Positions 28,049 through 42,129 of a DNA stretch of 64,000 bases are shown here, piece after piece. A program made the translations under genes and the position numbers. The DNA is from the human T2T-CHM13v2.0 reference genome, Homo sapiens, in assembly GCF_009914755.1 (NCBI RefSeq), contig NC_060939.1. The stretch is one strand, 5' to 3'. Within the stretch, counting starts at the first letter, position 1. Every line of letters starts with the position of its first letter. Below the pieces are notes generated by a model, which saw only the letters and a program-made list of their open reading frames with translations, made no database searches and was not told where the DNA came from.

Positions 28049-28939
28049 CAGCAGGGCAGCTGCAGAGTGGGGTGCAAGGTCCTCAACCCAGAGGTTCCCT
28101 AGGCCCCACTTGCCCCAGCTCATGAGAGCCTGGTTCTGAGCTCTGCCAGGACCGGGGCTCAGCACTGCCCATGAAAACAGGCGTGGCAGGGAAGAAAATC
28201 ATAACCAAATATTTGTAGTCATTCCAGAACCTCCCTTCTGGAAAGGGAGGTTCCCAGGTTTGTGGGCTCTTTGCCTCCTGGACATTATTGTGTAGTGAAG
28301 GGAGAAAGGTTGAGATGCAGAGTTGGAGAAACTAAGAGAGGCCGAACTGGTCCATTTGAGGAAAGATGACTGATCCCAGAAGGGGAGGAGGGGACACCCT
28401 GGGGAAGCAGGGGGCTTCCCAGGTGGTCCAAGAAGGGGAGGGCGGGATATAGAAAGTCAGAGCATGGTTTTGAGTTTTGGAGACAACAAGAGAAAAGAGG
28501 GAGGGATTTGGACAACTATGGAGAGGACTGGGCTGTGGAGAGAAATGTTTAGAGATTTGGAAGATGGTGTGTCATGCGATGTATTGTGAAAACCCCTTCT
28601 TCATATCCCTAAAAGACCACCGCTGATGGTGATTCATGGTACAATTGATGATTGTATCATGATATAATTCAGTGCTTTTGCAGAGGGATTGGTGCCTTTT
28701 TAAAATAATAATGATGCTTTGGCTTGGCTCCATCTGAATTAGTAGAGACAGACATCTTGAGCAGGTTTTATCAGAGTTCCATTAGCTAAATATTGGGTTT
28801 CCTATTTTGTGGCTTGCTTTAAACCACTTTGTAGGCCCTTCCGCACTGAAAGCCACTACAGAAATCACCTCTTTGGTCTGCAGCTCCACGTCCCCAAGCT
28901 CTGGGCTTTCCTGAATGAGTGGCCTCATTCAGAAGATAA

Positions 28940-29112
28940 TACAGCATCCCTCATCCGAAAATCCAAAATCTGAAATGCTTCAAAATCCAAAACTGTTTGA
29001 GTGCCGACATGATGTTCGAAGGCCAGATTCAAAGGAAATGCTCATTGGAGCATTTTGGATTTCAGATTTTCGAATTCCAAAATCTGAAAAAAATCCAAAA
29101 TCTGAAATACTT
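28940..29112. mobile_element. Tigger4a/MER46-like DNA transposon MITE
   Basis: AGCATCCCT.ATCCGAAAATCCAAAATCTGAAATGCT...GGAAATGCTCATTGGAGCATTT. Confidence 0.75.
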
Positions 29113-30281
29113 CTGTAATTTAACCTGTAATAGACATTTGGTCCTGACCTTCCAGCTGAGGCAGCAAGCAGTCAACAGAGGCTCACCATGCATCCCTCCT
29201 GCTCCTCACCCTCCCACGGGCTTGTGCCTCACCCCCCAGCCTCCCTTGCACCTGCTGGGGAGGGGACAGGATGCTCCTGCTCTGCCTTCTTGGATCTCGG
29301 GCTACTGTGATAATTGCAGGATTCCAGCCAGGGAAAATGCTACAGGTAGAAGTACTTGGTACTCTCCATAGAGAAGTTTCCAGCAATGGCACATCTGCCC
29401 CAGGAAGTGTGCTGCCACACCCAGCTAATTTTAAAAACTTTCTGTAGAGGTGTGAATTCACTATGCTGCCAAGGCTGGTCTTGAATTCCTGACTTCAAGT
29501 AATCCTCCCACCTTTGCTTGCCAAAGTGCTGGGATTACGGCATGAACTAGAGCTCCCAGCCGAGAGTTTAGTTTTGTTTGCTAGTGGTGTTCTTGGTATC
29601 TTTTCATATTTGAGGCTTTGGTGCTAGTGCTGAAGTATTACACTCACCATCCGAGGTTTGCAGGACTTTTGTTTCAGTATTGAACAGATGGAACTGTTTA
29701 GTTCTTCATCTTTGCAGGTATACCAAATGTGCCTACCAGGAGTCTGCTTTATAGCCATTGAAAAGCAAGAAGTAATATAGTAAAATTTTGCCTGGCTAGA
29801 GGCTTTGGAAGACAAGTATTTTGGCTTAATTCTATTAACGTGGAAGGATGAAGGTGAAAAAAATTCAAAACTTTAATATCCTGTTTATTGCAATTTGAAA
29901 ATATAGCCAATGATTCCACTTTTCTTCTCCAGTAAGTTTGGACATTCTGATCTACTTGGTGTTTTATTACAGAACTGCTAGTGTGCCTGAGTCTTACATT
30001 GTGAAGATCCTTCTCTAAAACTTCACATGTAAGAGAATATAAATGATATTGGATAAGATCAGGCTGGATGAGAACTGATACCTGTAAATATGCGATTTAG
30101 ACGAAATCTCTGATTGTTTTCTTATTTAACTCATAAAAATAAAACACATTGGCTGGAAGGTGGGAGCAGGAAGGAGATTTATGTCTTTTAATTGCACGTC
30201 ATTGTTTCATATAGAGAAAACATATAGTATCCCTGGTTTTGGACCTACAGAAGGAAACACATTTTTCTACCTGCTGTATGC

Positions 30282-30450
30282 CAGAGGTTCTTGAACACCT
30301 GGAGGGATTACTGCAGCACAGATTGCTGAGCCCTACTCCAGAGTTTCTGATTCATCAGGTCCAGGGTGGGGCCGGAGGATGTGTATTTATAAGAAGTTCC
30401 CAGGTGCTGCTGGAGCTGCTAGTCCAGAGACTACATTTTTGAGAACTGCT
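30282..30450. mobile_element. MER5A
   Basis: CAGATTGCTG.GCCC..CTCCAGAGTTTCTGATTCA...TTTGAGAAC motif. Confidence 0.75.
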
Positions 30451-30756
30451 CTCATATACTAACTGTAAGTTGCAGAGCTCTAGAAAAAAAGCTTAGTTTG
30501 GTGTGGGATAAGAAGCACACAGGTTATGGAGAAAATCATGAAAGATTCAACCCTTGATCCCAGCCTAGTGTGGATTTCAGGTAACAAGCAATACACAGTG
30601 ACATAACAAATTCTTGGTTTTCATGACTGCAAGTGATAGCCAAGTATCAAGTGAGAAATTCAGCTTCATTTGCAAGGCTTAGAGAGGCCAGGTGATTCTA
30701 GAAAAATGGGCCTTGTATTTCTCTTAAACCAGTAAAGAGCTTTAAGTGGTTATTAA

Positions 30757-31164
<408 letters not shown>

Positions 31165-34100
31165 TAAGACAAACATTTTTCCAAAAAAGAGAAATTGTTG
31201 TGATTATTTTGTCTTATTGGAATGTTGGATACTATAGTCGGCTTCATTAATCATCAAGCATGCTATGGATTTTCCATTTTTATAGGATCTATATCTCAGT
31301 TAAGGTAATACTGGTAATTCTTGTACTCCATTTGAAGATGAAAAATATAGGCCAAAATCACAGACTTTGCACAGAAGCTGCATAATGAAGACAGCTCTGG
31401 AGGAACACATAGATACACACACACAGACACACATATATATAAAGTATATACACATATATTTTTTAAAGTTTATTTTTTACAGTTTTAAAAGTTTTAAAGC
31501 AAAACCCAGCCCTTCCCCTCTCCCAGAGTGGGCGGCCCCTCCCCTTTCTCTGAGTGGGCGGGGACAGCGGTTGCATGGGCAGCTTTCCTTATGATGCCAC
31601 AGGTCCCTCTGGACATGCTGCTGCCTGGCCACGCCTCCTTTCCCTTTCATCTTTCTCACTGACCAATGGGCTTGGAGCATTAAGGCCACGCCCCTATTCT
31701 GCGTTCCATTGGTGCCCTGGTTACGCCACCTGTGGCTCAGTTGCACAGCTGCCTGGTAGGTGACTGGAGGCATTGAGCAGTGTGCTCACTGGTATTTCGC
31801 TGATGTGGCCCCAACCCCGCCTCCCTCCCCACCCCGCGATGTCAGAAAAAACACAACAGGGGAAATTGGCCGCAGCCAAGAAAAAGGTAAAACACACCAG
31901 GTCATGGCCCCCAACCCAGCCACAGATCCCCTCCGATGACAAGACCGGTGCCAGAGTCCATACCACTCCTGAGGCATACCAGATGGGGCCCCCCAACCCC
32001 AGCCCCTCTGGGCTCCCCCAACCAAAGCCTAGTCAGTCAGCCCCACCCCTTCAGCAAGCAGCCCAGTCCCTGCCCTTGCCAATCACCCCAGGGTGACTTT
32101 GGGCAGGTGACTCCTGGGGCTCCCTGCTCCATAATCAGCCCTCACCTCCTGCCACCCCAAGCCCAACCTCCCTGGGCTCTTTGGGCTTGCGTCTCCCAGG
32201 ACCTGGGTCCCCCAGCCCCAGGCCCTGCCCTCACCAGTCATCCCTGGGTGGCTTTGGGCTGGTGACTCCCGGGGCTCCCTACTGCAGACTCTGCCCTCCC
32301 CTCCTGCTGCCCCAAGCTCGACCTCCCTAGGCTTCTTGGGCTGGCGTCTCTGAGGACCTGGGTCGAAACCGTGTGTTTCCCTCCCCCATCGTGGAGCAGC
32401 GACTCGGACATCGCGCTGATGTGGTCCCCTCCCCTGGGAGGAGTGGAATGCAATGATGTCACAGTGCCCCTAGGAACTGTCATTACTGCTGCAAGACCGG
32501 CCTTTGATCTTACAACCCAGTCCCCTAAGTTTTCTCACCCCATTTCTGGTTCCTCTGGTTGCAGCACAAATTTCCAGCTGGAAGGGGAGTGGAGACTATG
32601 GGACCTAGGAGCAAGAGGTTTCAGGCTGCCTTACTCCCTCAACATAGACATTGACAGTGGGAAAAATCCTACACTTCCCCTGTGAGCTCAAAATGTTCAC
32701 AGTATCTCTGGGTGGCAATGGGAGAATGGGTTTGGTTTGGTTTTTTCCCAGGCTTCTACTTTCCAGAGAGACTTTAACATTTTTTTCTGAGTTCTCCACG
32801 GTTCTGGGACCAGACTGCCCTTCAGTCAGTGGCCTCTGAAGTGAGATTTGCTCATCTTCTGTGGAATAGATCTTGGGAAACTGAACTTGACAGCTTGAAT
32901 CTTCCTCATATCGTCTCAACCTGGGGTACTTTGAGTGCCACAGGATAAATGTGGGACATCTTTCTGAAGCATCATTTTCCCTTGATTCTCTTGAGAAAAT
33001 GCATTAATGTACTTAGGGATGACAGACACATAGGTTTCCAAGCGTACACCAGACTTCGCTCTGAAATGAGGCTTGGGTTGTCCTCTTTCTGATAAATTCC
33101 CAGATTTAATAGAAAAGCTGCCTTCTGCCATGAGGACACATTGATATGAAAGTGTGAGAGGTACTGGTACGCTTCTTCACGCTAGCAGACCTGTGAGGAT
33201 GTATGACTCTAAACCACACGGCCTACAGTTCCTGCCTGCTTAATGTTTACTTTTCTACCTCTGCCCCTGGTTTTGGTCCCTGGAAGCTGCTGATTCATGG
33301 CAAAACCCCAGAGCTTGGAGTCAGAGGACTGAGTTTAAGTTCCAGTATTGCCTTTTTTGATCTTTCTTTTTTTTTTTTCTATCCATGATATCAATCCCTC
33401 TCAGTCACTAAGTGATTGTGACAACACCTTGTACAGTTGTTGGTGGCATTACATCAGATGGTATATAAGGGTATTTTGTCAAAACTGTAAAGGAGGATGT
33501 GGCTGTAGGGGCTGATCATTCTCATGAGTGTTACCGCTCTTCTTTCCCACAGTTAAAAGCATATTGGCAGAGGAAGAGCCCTGGCATTCCAGCAGGAGCT
33601 AACAGGAAAAAGAAAATCAATGGCAGTAGCCCTGACACAGCCACTTCTGGTGGTTACCACTCACCTGGGGATGTGAGTCTCGGCGGGCCAGGGTCCTGGC
33701 GACAGGGGGCCCAAGGGGCAGTAGAGGGTAATTGTTAAGATTGTAGATGGACTGTTGGGTACTGGTTAAGAATTCTGGATTTGAATCCTGCCTCTCCATC
33801 TGCTAAGAATTGATTAGGGATTGATTAGCACATGATTTAGGGCAAGTTGCTTGAGGTCTTTGGGCCTCTCTTTTCACATCTGTATAATAGAGGTGGTATT
33901 TTTTGACTTCCATTTGTGAAGTTTAAATGAGATTCGTTATTGTTGCTTTTATGTGAATCCTTAGTACATGGCCTGCTGCAAACACCCAGGACACCGAGGA
34001 AATGGTCGTTGCTGTTTGATTTTCCTCATCCCCAGTCTCAAGGGGAAGCCAGGCCAATGAGAAGAGCCACTTGCCATCAGGCTGTCCCTTTAGGAGTCAC

Positions 34101-35908
34101 TGAAAGGGCCCCAGGGTGGGATGGTGGGGAGATAAGAACCACGAGAGAAGTTGGCACAAAGGAGTTATGGGAAAAAGGGTCCAAGATAGGCAGAAAAGAA
34201 GCTTTTGCCAGTTGATGGGGGAAGAAAGAAGTCAGAGGGCTTAGACAGTGAGGGGGGACAGAACATCTCCATGTGCACTCTCATCTCTTGCAGTCAGCAA
34301 CAGGTATCTACGGGGAAGGCCGTGCATCCTCTACTACCCTGGAGGATCTGGAGGTAAGAGGCCCTGGGCCGAGGTGCAGTGACCCTGCAGGCCAGCCCTC
34401 CAACCTCCTCCCACAGCAGGGGCTTGTTGCCCCTCTGCCAGCTGAGGCAGCCCACACACCCCCACCAGCCCTAATGATTATTCTCTCTACCCCTCCCCAC
34501 AATCTTCCTCCAACTCCTTCTCTCTGCATGCACCTCAGAGCCAGTACCAAGAACTAGCAGTGGCCCTGGATTCAAGCTCCGCAATAATCAGTCAACTCAC
34601 TGAAAACATCAATTCACTGGTAAGAGTCCAGTGGGGTCCCCTGATTACAGCTGGTCAATCCTGGACTCCAGTTTCCTCTTGGGGCCCTGAAGAAAGGGGC
34701 TAGGGGCCCCTGATGCCAAGGGCAAATGGGGAGCTGGGCACCCAGGTCTCACCTGGAGGGACCCCAGAGCACAGAACATGCAGCATGGGTCTTCTGCACT
34801 GCCCTCTTTGCTGACTCTCTCTTCTCCAGACACCCCTGCTCTAGTCCTTGCCACACATGCCCTGGGGTTGTCACCTCTCTGGGAAGCACTAGCCTGACTG
34901 GTTGTCAGGGGTCCATATTTCTGCCCTGCCTCAGTCCCTAATTTGCTTTTTGAGTCTGGACAAGCCATCTCTCCTCTTTATGCTCGTGTTTCTGGAGGAG
35001 GTAGAGAGTATCAAAGGTCTTGGTTAGCTCTGAAAGTCAGAGATTTAAAGGCCCCTAGAATGGAAACCTCAGGGCCAAGGGCTCCTGTCTGTCCTTTCCT
35101 GTTTTATATCTCTGCTATGAAGAACTGTACCTGGCCTGTACATGCTCAGTAAATGTTTGTTGAATGAATGCACGTTTCTAAATCACAAACTGGCAGAAGG
35201 GGGGTGGGCCCTTCTCAAACTCTGTCTCTAGAGGTTCACCAGCCCCTCCCTCCAGGGCCCTTTTCCCCCTTTGCTTTGGGCAGGTTCGCACATCTAAGGA
35301 GGAGAAGAAGCATGAGATACATCTGGTACAGAAGCTTGGGAGGAGCTTGTTCAAACTCAAAAACCAGACGGGTAAGATGGGGCTGCCATGACCTGGCAGC
35401 TGGACTGGCATTAGAGGGCTGTGGGGGTGACTTAGAATGCCCCAGGGAGGTGGGTGGATGGAAGGGCTTTGAGGCAGAGGGAAAGAGGTCTGTGCCAGGG
35501 GAGGACAAGTCTTGTCATCTCCATGAGCCTCAGTGTCCCCATCAGTAAAGAGGGAGGAGTGCCCATTGTCAGCCACCCACAGTGCTCTCTATCTGAAAGT
35601 GACTTGGAAGACTGGCTACCATCCGGGTGTGAGGAGTCATTAGCAGTGAGGCCAAGTTTGGGAAGCCTGAGAGGAGGAGCTGTGCACCGAAGGGAGGATT
35701 TTTTTTTTTTTTTTGAGAATCCAGAGGCCCTTATTGTCTGCTTCCTTTCTCAGCTGAACCCCTGGCCCCAGAGCCCCCAGCAGGGCCATCTAAGGTAGAG
35801 CAGCTACAAGATGAGACCAACCACCTAAGGAAGGAGCTAGAGAGTGTGGGAAGACAGCTCCAGGCTGAGGTGGAAAACAATCAGATGTTGAGTCTCCTGA
35901 ACAGGAGA

Positions 35909-36349
35909 CAGGAGGAGAGGCTACGTGAACAGGAGGAGAGGCTACGTGAACAGGAGGAGAGGCTACGTGAACAGGAGGAGAGGCTACATGAACAGGAGGA
36001 GAGGCTACGTGAACAGGAGGAGAGGCTGTGTGAACAGGAGGAGAGGCTACGTGAACATGAGGAGAGGCTGTGTGAACAGGAGGAGAGGCTATGTGAACAG
36101 GAGGAGAGGCTACGTGAACAGGAGGAGAGGCTGTGTGAACAGGAGGAGAGGCTGTGTGAACAGGAGGAGAGGCTACGTGAACAGGAGGAGAGGCTGTGTG
36201 AACAGGAGGAGAGGCTACATGAACAGGAGGAGAGGCTACGTGAACAGGAGGAGAGGCTGTGTGAACAGGAGGAGAGGCTACGTGAACAGGAGGAGAGGCT
36301 GTGTGAACAGGAGGAGAGGCTACGTGAACAGGAGGAGAGGCTGTGTGAA
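35909..36349 (+). repeat. Coding VNTR: 21 x 21-bp unit (QEERL[R/C/H]E heptad)
   Basis: Counted directly; consensus CAGGAGGAGAGGCT(A/G)(C/T)GTGAA. Confidence 0.95.
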
Positions 36350-36370
36350 CAGGAGAAGCTGCCAGGGCAG

Positions 36371-36604
36371 GAGAGGCTGCTGGAAGAGGTGGAGAAGCTG
36401 TTAGAACAGGAGAGGCGGCAGGAGGAGCAGGAGAGGCTGCTGGAGAGGGAGAGGCTGCTGGAAGAGGTGGAGAAGCTGTTAGAACAGGAGAGGCGGCAGG
36501 AGGAGCAGGAGAGGCTGCTGGAGAGGGAGAGGCTGCTGGAAGAGGTGGAGAAGCTGTTAGAACAGGAGAGGCGGCAGGAGGAGCAGGAGAGGCTGCTGGA
36601 GAGG
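36371..36604 (+). repeat. Coding tandem repeat: 3 x 78-bp unit ([26 protein letters not shown])
   Basis: Three identical 26-aa units in exon 6. Confidence 0.95.
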
Positions 36605-37444
36605 GAGAGGCTGCTGGACGAGGTGGAGGAGCTCCTGGACGAGGTGGAGGAGCTCCTGGAGCAGGAGAGGCTTCGGTAACAGGATGAGAGGCTGTGGCAG
36701 CAGGAGACTCTGCGGGAGCTGGAGAGGCTGCGGGAGCTGGAGAGGCTGCTGGAGCTGGAGAGGATGCTGGAGCTGGGGTGGGAAGCCCTGTACGAGCAGC
36801 GGGCCGAGCCACGCAGCGGCTTCGAGGAGCTGGTGCGTTGCCCCACCTGGGGAGGCTGCCCTCTTCCCTAGCCCTCAAGGCCTTTGTTTCCCCACCTGTA
36901 AAATGGGGCATTGTAGCCTTCACATGAAATGGTACTTCTAAAGGCATCTGTGAGCCAGAGCCCCGCTCTGATGGCTGTGGGAGAGAGGGGATATTTTTCT
37001 AACCTGCCTCCACCCTTCCCGGTGCCATGGGAGGCGACACTAAGTTCTGGGGTCTCCAGTTTTAGTGGGTGGCCACTGATTGCTTCTCTCTGTCCAGAAC
37101 AACGAGAACAAGAGCACACTGCAGTTGGAGCAGCAAGTAAAGGAGCTGGAGAAGTCGGGTGAGCTGAAAGAGACTGTAACCTCCGACCCATCCAAGAAGA
37201 TGTGGGAGGCGGGCACCAGCCTCTGGGGAGGGGAGGTGCCAGGCCACAGGCAGCTGCAGCCTGGGGACAGGTGACCCCAGCACCCTCCGGGGCAGTCCTA
37301 TGACTGTTTCTTGCTTCCTGCCCTCTGACTTTTAGAGGTGGGTAGCCCTGGGGTCCTCCCAGGTCTGGACATCATCATCCCAGCTAGAGGCATGGAGCCC
37401 CCCAATCACAGAGGAAGAGACAGTGGTATAAGAGGCTCCTTATG

Positions 37445-37760
<316 letters not shown>

Positions 37761-38650
37761 AGACTCCTTAGATTCAAACTGGATTCCGGCCTCGGTTCCA
37801 CTGGTCATAATTCAACTACTTTGCATCTCTAAGTCTCTGTTTCTTTAACTTCAAAAGGAAGTTAGCCTTTTCCTTGCAGAGGTGCTGAGGATTAAATGAG
37901 ATAATACGTGGAAACATTAGGCATGTAGCACACTTAGCAGATGGTGGTTGGCTCCGCCTGCTTTTCCACCAGTCTGTGGCCTACAGTTTACATGCTGGGA
38001 AAAAGGACGTGAGATTTGATGCTAGGGAAGGAGGCATGGGGTTCTAAGCAAGGGAGACAGTCTCTTAGGCCTGGAGCAAGGGGCCAGGGGCCTGGGCAGG
38101 CCACAGAGCCCCACAGTGCCCTCGCTACCCTATTAATGGGCCAGGAATCTGGAAGCCAGCCACCACATGTCCTCATGCCCAGGGTCTTCCGGCAGGTGGA
38201 GCTGAAGAGCCAAGAGGCTCCGAGTCTGCAGCAGCAGCCAGACCAGTAGCTGGAGCCCCAGTCCCACAAGGAGCTTGGATGTGCGGACAAGCAGGGTGGT
38301 GAGTAGAGCCCTCAGGCGGGGTGGGCAGGCAGGAGCAGGGGAGGCTCGCACTGTGCCCAGATTCCCACCCCCCTCCCTCTCTCTGAAGATCTTAGTGAGC
38401 TGAGCCTCACTGATAGCATGGAGGCTGCACCGGGAGAGGACAGGGAGGGTTCTCCCCCATGACAACCCCACTGCACAGCAGATCCAGCAGCTGCTTCCTC
38501 TAATGCAGGACTCCCCAGGAGCACCCAGGCTTGGGTGGAGAAGCTGTTGGTACAGGAGAGGCGGCAGGAGGAGCAGGAGAGGCTGCATGCCATTCTTTTC
38601 GGGCTGCCGAGAACAGGGAGCTAAACATCACCATCATCTAAGAGCGGGTC

Positions 38651-41600
38651 AAGGAATTAAAAAAAAACAACAAAACGTTTAAGGGGTTAATATCCTACAC
38701 AATTCATTTACTTCATTTGAATGTTAGAGCCACTTGTGTTTATTTGTGTTTCTAATTTATAGTTTAAATTTATTTGTGTTTCTAATTTATAGTTTAAATT
38801 TATTTGTTTCTAATTTATAGTTTAAATTTATTTGTAAAAAGTTAAATGAGAGTGGGTCTTTCTCTCATGTTCACTCTGGCATCCTTTAGCATTTTTTAAA
38901 TTTGATAATTATAGGACGTTAGCATGCATATCGAGTTTGCCCTTATGTGGTGGGAGTTCAAACACACAAAGACCCACTGTATGCACACAACTGTTCTTGC
39001 TGGTTTGGGATAGGCTGCCATGCTTTTTAAATGTTAGTACAGCATGTATATTCATTACGGAATTCAGATAAAATTTCCTTATGTTCTGCTGTTATGTTTG
39101 ATCGAATCCTAATCACAGTGAGCTCTTCATTAGCTCAATATGTGGTTTGCCCTCAAGTGCGCGGTCTATTACTTTGTAATATGCCACTGTGAGTACTGAC
39201 ATTTACAGTTGTTTAAAGGTGGAGCACTGGAAACAGCCTTTTCCCCTTTTTCTGTGTATTGGGGATGGGAGTAATAACATTTTGGGGAGCTTTTTAAATC
39301 TCCCAGAAGAGGAAAGTGGCCTGCTCTGGCAGGTGTGTGCAGGATAGAATATGTTTCATTTGTTCTGGTGCCAAGAATGAGCGCTGTACTATGGTAGTTC
39401 CCTTAGGATTTGCATGTGCTCTGGGCTCATGAAGACATTGCATCATGAGCTGTGGCAGTTGTACTTTTTTTTGATGACCTAAAAGGGGATTATTTCTGAG
39501 GAATGAAAGGCTCCCATCATGACTGTGGATGTGGAAAACCTTTTCTAGCTGAGAGCATTTATATCTACAATACATTTTAAAGTCAGAGTTCATGTTCCCT
39601 GTTTTAATCACATGACTACATGTCCCAGTACACAAAAGGGCACTGGTTGGCATTCTCCTTAATGTATTCAGTAAAGATCAGAAGAAATCCTTTAAGAGTT
39701 TAAATGTCCCTGAAACAGGCATATACAGGCTCTAGTCAAGAATGAATTCGAGTGAAGGAAAGCTGTGTTACACCTGGCATTCCTCTGTGTTCATGGAGCT
39801 TATTTGAGGCTAGAAGATGGATTTTACCATCTAGACCTCTCTGGCTAATAGCTAGTCTTCAACCATCTGACAGAGGAATTCTTTTTCTTGAATGGAAAAG
39901 ACTTTAAAAATAATAACAAACATTATTATAAACAAATATATGTGAGAGTACTTAGTTGAAACAAAAAGGAATTTTAGTAGACAGTATTATACTACATTTG
40001 AAAATCAAGGAGCAGTTTATGCAACTTAAAATGTTTACAAACTGCAGCGCAATCTACTGTTTGTGAATGTCAAAGTGTCATGAGGAAAGTGTCTATACAA
40101 TCACGGAGTTATATTTCCTCACAAAGTTCTTTACGAAGAGTGAAATATGTTTTTATACCTTTTGGTTTCAGTTAGAGGCATATTTTGTGTAATATTTATG
40201 TTAATGTGCATGATCAATGAATTATTTCAGTCATATGTTGCCTATATCATAACTGGAGGATGCTTGGGGAACAATCAACAGCTAAAACTTCATGAAGTTC
40301 TAATGTCTGTGTTCCAAAATACATCATATCATTAGGATGTAGGGAGAGATGTATCTGCACTCCCTGGGGTGGGCATTTCTAGTTACTAGACCATCTCCAC
40401 TTTTAGCATTGGGCATCCTCATGATACTTTTATAAATATGACATTAATAGGAGATCAATAATACGATTTTACAGATTGAATAAGAGAATTGCCTGCATTC
40501 ACTTAAAGATTGCAAATATTGAGCCCTTGTGACTTCAACTGACTCTTCCAAATTGTATGAATTTATCAATGTATTAGAGAAACTCAGTTTCAGAATGATA
40601 AAGAAAAACTGTTAGACCAAGCAATGTGGCTAATTAACAGTGGTAGGATTTCCAGCCCAAGGGTTTAAAATGGACTTAAGGTCCTGTTCTTGCCTTTTAT
40701 TTTCTGAACTTGCTGCTTTTGCATTCTTTGAGTTCGGTTTAAAGACAGTTCCTTTAAGTCCATTTTAAACCCTCAGGCTAGAAGTCATACCACTGTTAAT
40801 TAGCCACATTATTTGATCTAACAGTTTTTCTTTATCATTCTGAAACTGGGTTTACCGAATACATTGATAAATTATTTCAAAGGTATTTTTATAGTTCAAA
40901 TCACTTCACTTTTACCCTGACACGTATAAATGACTAGGAATGACCTTCGGATAGCGTTTAGCATCTGTAACCAATCTGACAATAATGTGTTCATCAGGTA
41001 CCTATGGATTAAATCACATACGGGCATATTTAAGCTGAACGTCAGTCTGAAAAATAAATGTACTATATTAACTGAAATACCACTCTTCATGTAGGTATTT
41101 TGTCATATGTTTAAGAAAAAGCTAAAAAGAATGGAAATCATGTGACAATAACTTAAGTCTTCCTTCAAAGTGCATGCAGTCTTTTGCAGTACCTCATTCA
41201 GCCAAGTATTTGTTCTCTTCCTCATTCAGTATAAGGCAGCTTTCAATTTGCTTAGAAGGCAACATTAGAAGGTTAGAGTTCATCAGAAACAGAATTTTAA
41301 AATATGAGTTCAACTGAATAAATGTGAATTTCTGTAGGAAGTAAAGAATCAAAATACCTATCTAAAGATGGCAATATATAATAATTATTTTTAAAGTATT
41401 TGATTAAACCAGATAGGTTTTCTCGAAATGAAAAAAATCAGTTCTAAAACCAAAGATGATTTTTTGAAAATGTGAAAATGTAAATCAGCCCTATCCATAA
41501 TATAATTTCTCTAAAACTGTATCTGTCATTTTAAAATAATATAACTATTAAAAAATGTAACTGCTATCTTATTGTTTTGAAATAAGTTAAAACATTTTAA

Positions 41601-42129
41601 ATATGAATACTGCAGTTTAAAAGAAAGAAACCAGGGGAAGGAAAAGTAGAGAAAGAAATGCCAATTCCAGTCCAAAGCTTTATTTGCCAAGTTTTCTTAG
41701 AATGACTTTTACCTATTTATGAATTCTTACAAACAGAATGTATAATGGAAATACTGACTTTTGCCTAAAGTGGCATTGTTGACTGCTGTGATGTTACTGT
41801 AATGTAATAAATTATTAAATTGTTGCAAAGTGCTGTTTTTGCCTTAAAATTTCGTGTGTCTTGAAAACTACAGTATTAAATACTATAGCATGCAAATAAT
41901 GGGCATGCTTGGCATGAGATAATCTGTTTTTATTGTTACAAAATTGTAACTATGTAAGTGTGTTTATTAAAAGAACAAACAAAGTTATGGGATGAAAGAG
42001 TTACGGGATAAAAAATGTGGAAAAGTGTGTCAAAAAAAGTAGAAAAAATTGTATGAAAAGTTATTTAAAAAGTTATGGAAAAGAAGTTATGGGATTAAAA
42101 AAAGTCACGGGATATAAATAAAAATAAAT
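38651..42129 (+). other. Retroposed 3'-UTR-like insert (probably ITSN2-derived) forming the GOLGA6L 3' UTR
   Basis: AT-rich and repeat-free; ATTAAA at 41966-41971 followed by a degenerate A-rich tail; flanked by AAGAGCGGGTC and AAAAGCAGGCC. ITSN2 origin recalled from the literature on the chr15 GOLGA core duplicon. Confidence 0.6.
38739..38835. repeat. About 3.3 copies of a 30-bp tandem repeat TTTATTTGTGTTTCTAATTTATAGTTTAAA
   Basis: Read directly. Confidence 0.9.

Noticed and set aside
35909-36604. CRISPR-like array
   Set aside because: Contiguous coding repeats with no unique spacers, in eukaryotic DNA.
35790-36947. 385-aa Pro/Ala-rich antisense ORF (ASPPVHV repeats) and other alternate-frame ORFs
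   Set aside because: Shadow frames of the GOLGA6L VNTR, whose units lack stops. It has a real ATG but no independent promoter or poly(A) evidence.
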